Positions 59,736 to 64,000 of a DNA stretch of 64,000 bases are shown here, piece by piece. The DNA lies in NCBI RefSeq assembly GCF_036365525.1, contig NC_090404.1, forward strand, positions 11,374,550 to 11,438,549, written 5' to 3'. This DNA is from Heterodontus francisci (lineage: Eukaryota). The notes under the pieces were generated by a model. That model saw only the letters and a list, made by a program, of their open reading frames with translations, was not told the origin of the DNA and did no database searches. The translations under genes were made by a program, and so were the position numbers. The number at the start of each line of letters is the position of its first letter. Position 1 is the stretch's first letter.

Positions 59736-60359
59736 ACGGCATGGGTTGATTCTGCTGTTAATGCTGCTGATAATCACATCCAGAAGTGATTCATGTTCTT
59801 TTTGAAATCTGAAGTCTTTTTTCTGAAGTTCATAACCCGTAAAACTGGACTGGAGTTTAATATTCAGGATGTTTGTCAAATAAATCAGCTTTGGTTTAAA
59901 CACATTGTTGTAGATTTTTGTCTTTCCCACCTGAGTGTTTAACATCACCTGGCTGGAGCTCAGAAAGGACAATCTGGGGGGAGGATCATGTGGCAGGAAC
60001 AGAACTTCAGCCTGGACACAGTCCTTCAGGATCACACTGAGAGGGACAAACAGCACTTTGGTCTTTCTCGTCTCTCTTCACTGACAGCAAAGTCCCCGTG
60101 TGGGTTAATCCTGAGGCCTGTAAGAAATGTGTCCCAGCTACTCTCTCCCATGGTTCAGAGCTCCTGGACACGGAACAGAAGGCTCCTTTACAACTGTGTT
60201 TAGAGTCAGGAAGAACAACGGTGAATGCTGGAAACGTGCTGTCAAATCAGAGATTGATGTAAAATTGTGAGCTGTTCCTGACTGAAAGTGAAACGGCAGG
60301 TTTAAGTTTCCAGCCTGCAAATGACTGTGGTAATTAATCTACGAAGATTTAACATGCAA

Positions 60360-61105
60360 AATACTGGGTTAACGGTAGGGTTCTTGGGCATGTGGAGGAG
60401 CAGAGAGACCTTGGGGTCTATGTGCATAGATCATTGAAAGTTGCAACTCAAGTGGATAGGGCTGTGAAGAAGGCATATGGGGTGTTAGCGTTCATTAGCA
60501 GAGGGATTGAATTTAAGAGCCGTGAGGTGATGATGCAGCTGTACAGGACCTTGGTAAGGCCTCATTTGGAGTACTGTGTGCAGTTCTGGTCGCCTCATTT
60601 TAGGAAGGATGTGGAAGCCTTGGAGAGGGTGCAGAGGAGATTTACCAGGATGTTGCCTGGAATGGAGAATAAGTCTTACGAGGAAAGGCTGAACATTCTA
60701 GGCCTCTTCTCATTAGAACGGAGAAGGATGAGGGGTGACATGATAGAGGTTTATAAGATGATCAGGGGAATAGATAGGGTAGACAGTCAGAAACTTTTTC
60801 CCCGGGTGGAGCAAAGCGTTACAAGGGGTCATAAATTTAAGGTGAAGGGTGGGAGATATAAGGGGGATGTCAGGGGAAGGTTCTTTACCCAGAGAGTGGT
60901 CGAGGCATGGAATGCCTTGCCCGGGGAAGTTGTTGAGTCAGAAACTTTAGGGACTTTCAAAAGGCTTTTGGATAGGTATATGGATAAAGGAGAATGATGG
61001 GGTATAGATTAAATTGTCCTTGACAGAGGACAAAGGATCGGCACAACATTGTGGGCCGAAGGGCCTGTTCTGTGCTGTATGTTCTATGTTCTATGTTCTA
61101 TGTTT
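60360..61105 (+). mobile_element. 5'-truncated CR1 LINE
   Basis: ORF 60392-60997; (ttctatg)n tail. Confidence 0.92.
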
Positions 61106-62329
61106 TGTGATAGTCCTTAATCTACCATTTTAAGGCAGGTGTTAGCCCAATAAAATAAATCTGTTTAAAATAAATTGGTTAAAGTCTGCATTAAAATAGC
61201 AGATGGAGGAGTTCACAGGAGCCTGTTAACTGCTCGTACAATTATACAACAGACATTTGATCTCCAGGTAAAGAAGGATCTGCAGCCATTAGAGAAACCA
61301 AGAGATCTTTGGAAAAGAAGATGGTGCACATTATGCTGGTAATCACAAATGATTTTCCAGCTACGTCAGGAGCGAGAAGACTTTTAAAGATGGTTTTGGG
61401 TCACTGAGAGACGGTTTAGGCCAGATTGAAAAAATTGCCAGGCGATGACGATGCTGTGGACAGAGTTAGAAATTGTTCACTGGGATTGAAAAGTAACTCA
61501 TGAAGTGTAACCTGAAGAAGATGCTTGAAGGGATCCTGAGTGATGCTGTGTTTGATCACTGGGGAAGGGAAGGAGTCATTAGAGATACTTAACATGGTCT
61601 GGAAAGGAAGGTCACATCTTACAAACCTGTTTGAGTTTTGTTAAGAAATGTAACCTTTTTGGGCCTGATATAATTCTGGTGAATCTGTGCTGCCTCCCCC
61701 TCCCAAGGCCAGTCTCTCCTTCCTGAGGTGTGGTGCCCAGATCTGAATGCAGTATTCCAGATGGGGTCCAACCACTTCTTTACAGCTGTCACATCACCTC
61801 CACCCCTCACTGGTTACTAAGTGCTGCTTGCTAAGACTGTTGCTGACTCTGTGCTGATGATTCAGAGGAGGCCGATCAGTTGATCATTGACCGGGTTGAA
61901 TGTTCTATACCTCTCATTGACCGGGGTTAGTTGTCTGATTGAAGGTAATGGAGGAGGGCCATTTTGCTGGAATACAATTCAGCTGTTGCTGATGACTCAC
62001 AGCACCAGTTTTGAACGCTTGTTCTGTTCTTAATCTATCCCACTGAACATGGCGGTAGTGTCCTCTAATACGATGGTAGGTTTCCTCAGGGTGTAGACAG
62101 TATCTGATCTCGAGGGCTGCGCAGTGGTCACTATTGTCATAAACAGACACACATGTGACAGCTGCTTTACTGAGGATAAGGTTGAGTAGGTTATTCTCTC
62201 ACAACCTGCCTGCACTGTGATGGTTTAATGGCGGTCTCCATTACCGAGCATGCACTGGGCTCCTACATTTAGGCATATTTTATTTGTTTCCACTGCTGCC
62301 CTCTGATCCAAAACAGCTTATTGACCATA

Positions 62330-64000
62330 ACTTGGAAGCATTTTGAACTGAGGAGGATAGTGTAGAACTTCAAAAGGACATCGATAAGTTGTTGGATTGG
62401 GCAGACAGGTGCCAGATGAAGTTCAATGCAGAGAAATGTGAGGTGATTAATTTTGGTAGGAAGAACAAAAGAAAAAAGGGTACAATTCTAAAGGAGGTGC
62501 AGGAGCAGAGGGACCTGGGTGTTTATGTGCATAAGACATTAAAGGTGGCAGGACCGGTTGAGAGAGCAGTTAATAAAGCATACAGTATCCTGGGCTTTAT
62601 TAATAGAGGCATAGAGTTATGCAGCACATAAGCAGGCCCTTCGGCCCATCGTGTCTATGCCGGCCATCAAGCACCTATCTATTCTAATCTTACTTTCCAG
62701 CAGTTAGCCTGTAGCCTTGTATGCTATGGCGTTTCAAGTGCTCATCTAAATACTTCTTAAATGTTGTAAAGGTTTCTACCTCTGCCATCTATTCAGGCAG
62801 TGTGTTCCAGATTCCAACCACCCTCTCAGTGAAATTTTTTTTCCCTCAAATCCCCTCTAAACCTCCTGCCCCTTTCCTTAAATCTATGCCCCCTGGTTAT
62901 TGACCCCTCTGCTAAGGGAAAAGGTTTCTTCCTATCCATCCTATCAATGCCCCTCATAATTTTGTATACCTCAATCATATCTCCCCTCGGCCTTCTCTGT
63001 GCGAAGGAAAACAATGCTAGCCTTTTTAGTCTCTCTTCATAGTTGAAATGCTCCAACCCAGGCAACATCCTGGTGAATCCCCTCTACACCCTCTCCAGTG
63101 CAATCACATCCTTCCTATAGTGTGGTGCCCAGAACTGTACACAGTACTCCAGCTGTGGCCTAACTAGCATTTTATACAGCTCCATCATAACCTCCCTGCT
63201 CTTATATTCTATGCCTCAGCTAATAAAGGCAAGTATCCCATATGCCTTCCTAACCACCTTATCTACCTAAGCTGCTGCCTTCAGTGATCTATGGACAAGT
63301 ACACCAAGGTTCCTCTGACCCTCTGTACTTCCTAGGGTCCTACCATCCATTGTATATTCCCTTACCTTGTTAGTCCTCCCAAAATGCATCACCTCACACT
63401 TCTCAGGACTACATTCAATTTGCCACAGTTCTGCCCATCTTACCAGCCCATCTATATCTTCCTGTAATCGAAGGTTTGCCTCCTCACTATTTAAGACACC
63501 ACCAATTATTTTGTCATCTGCGAACTCACTAATCATACCTCCTATATTCATGTCTAAATTATTAATGTACACTACAAACAGCAAGGGTCCCAGCACCAAT
63601 CCCTGCAGGACACCACTGGTCACAGGCTTCCAATCGCAAAAACAACCCTCGACCATCCCCCTCTGCCTCCTGCCACTAAGCCAATTTTGGATCCAAATTG
63701 CCCTGGATCCCATGGGCTCTTACCTTAACCAGTCTCCCATGCGGGACCTTATCAAAAGCCTTACTGAAGTCCACGTTGACTACATCAACTGCTTTACCCT
63801 CATCTACACATCTCGTCACCTCCTCAAAAAATTCAATCAAGTTAGTTAGACACGATCTCCCCCTGACAAAGCCCCCTTGACTATCCCTGATTAATCCCTG
63901 CCTCTCCAAATTGAGATTAATCCTGTCCATAGTTTCCCTACCACTGATATTAGACCTGGTTTATCCCTGCTGCCCTTCTTGAATAATGATACCACATTAA
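62330..64000. mobile_element. CR1 fragments (+ 62330-62615; - 62615-64000)
   Basis: KCEVINFG, GRSCLTNLIEFFEEV and FADD motifs. Confidence 0.85.

Overview
Eukaryotic, repeat-rich window, almost certainly from a cartilaginous fish (shark/ray). The basis is shark-type CR1 LINEs with HE1-like tRNA SINEs, shark-type MEKPWKC C2H2 genes, and an IgNAR-like V domain. The first ~8 kb is part of a rearranging antigen-receptor locus. It holds several TCR alpha/delta-type V segments with 23-RSSs in both orientations, mostly defective. It also holds a complete but inactivated NAR-TCR/IgNAR-type leader-V-D-J cassette at 6541-7855, with V 22-RSS, D 12/12-RSS and J 23-RSS; the ORF track does not show this cassette. 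A ~2.2 kb block with two V segments (289-2530) is duplicated at 24143-27478, where it gained three Penelope insertions. The rest is a C2H2 zinc-finger gene cluster (one intact ORF, one intact frame with an ACG start, two pseudogenes, one remnant). It is embedded in CR1, L2/Crack-like, RTE, Tx1 and Penelope retroelements, SINEs and two minisatellites with RSS-like motifs. The Penelope ends carry hammerhead ribozyme motifs. Repeat boundaries were read by eye and are approximate.
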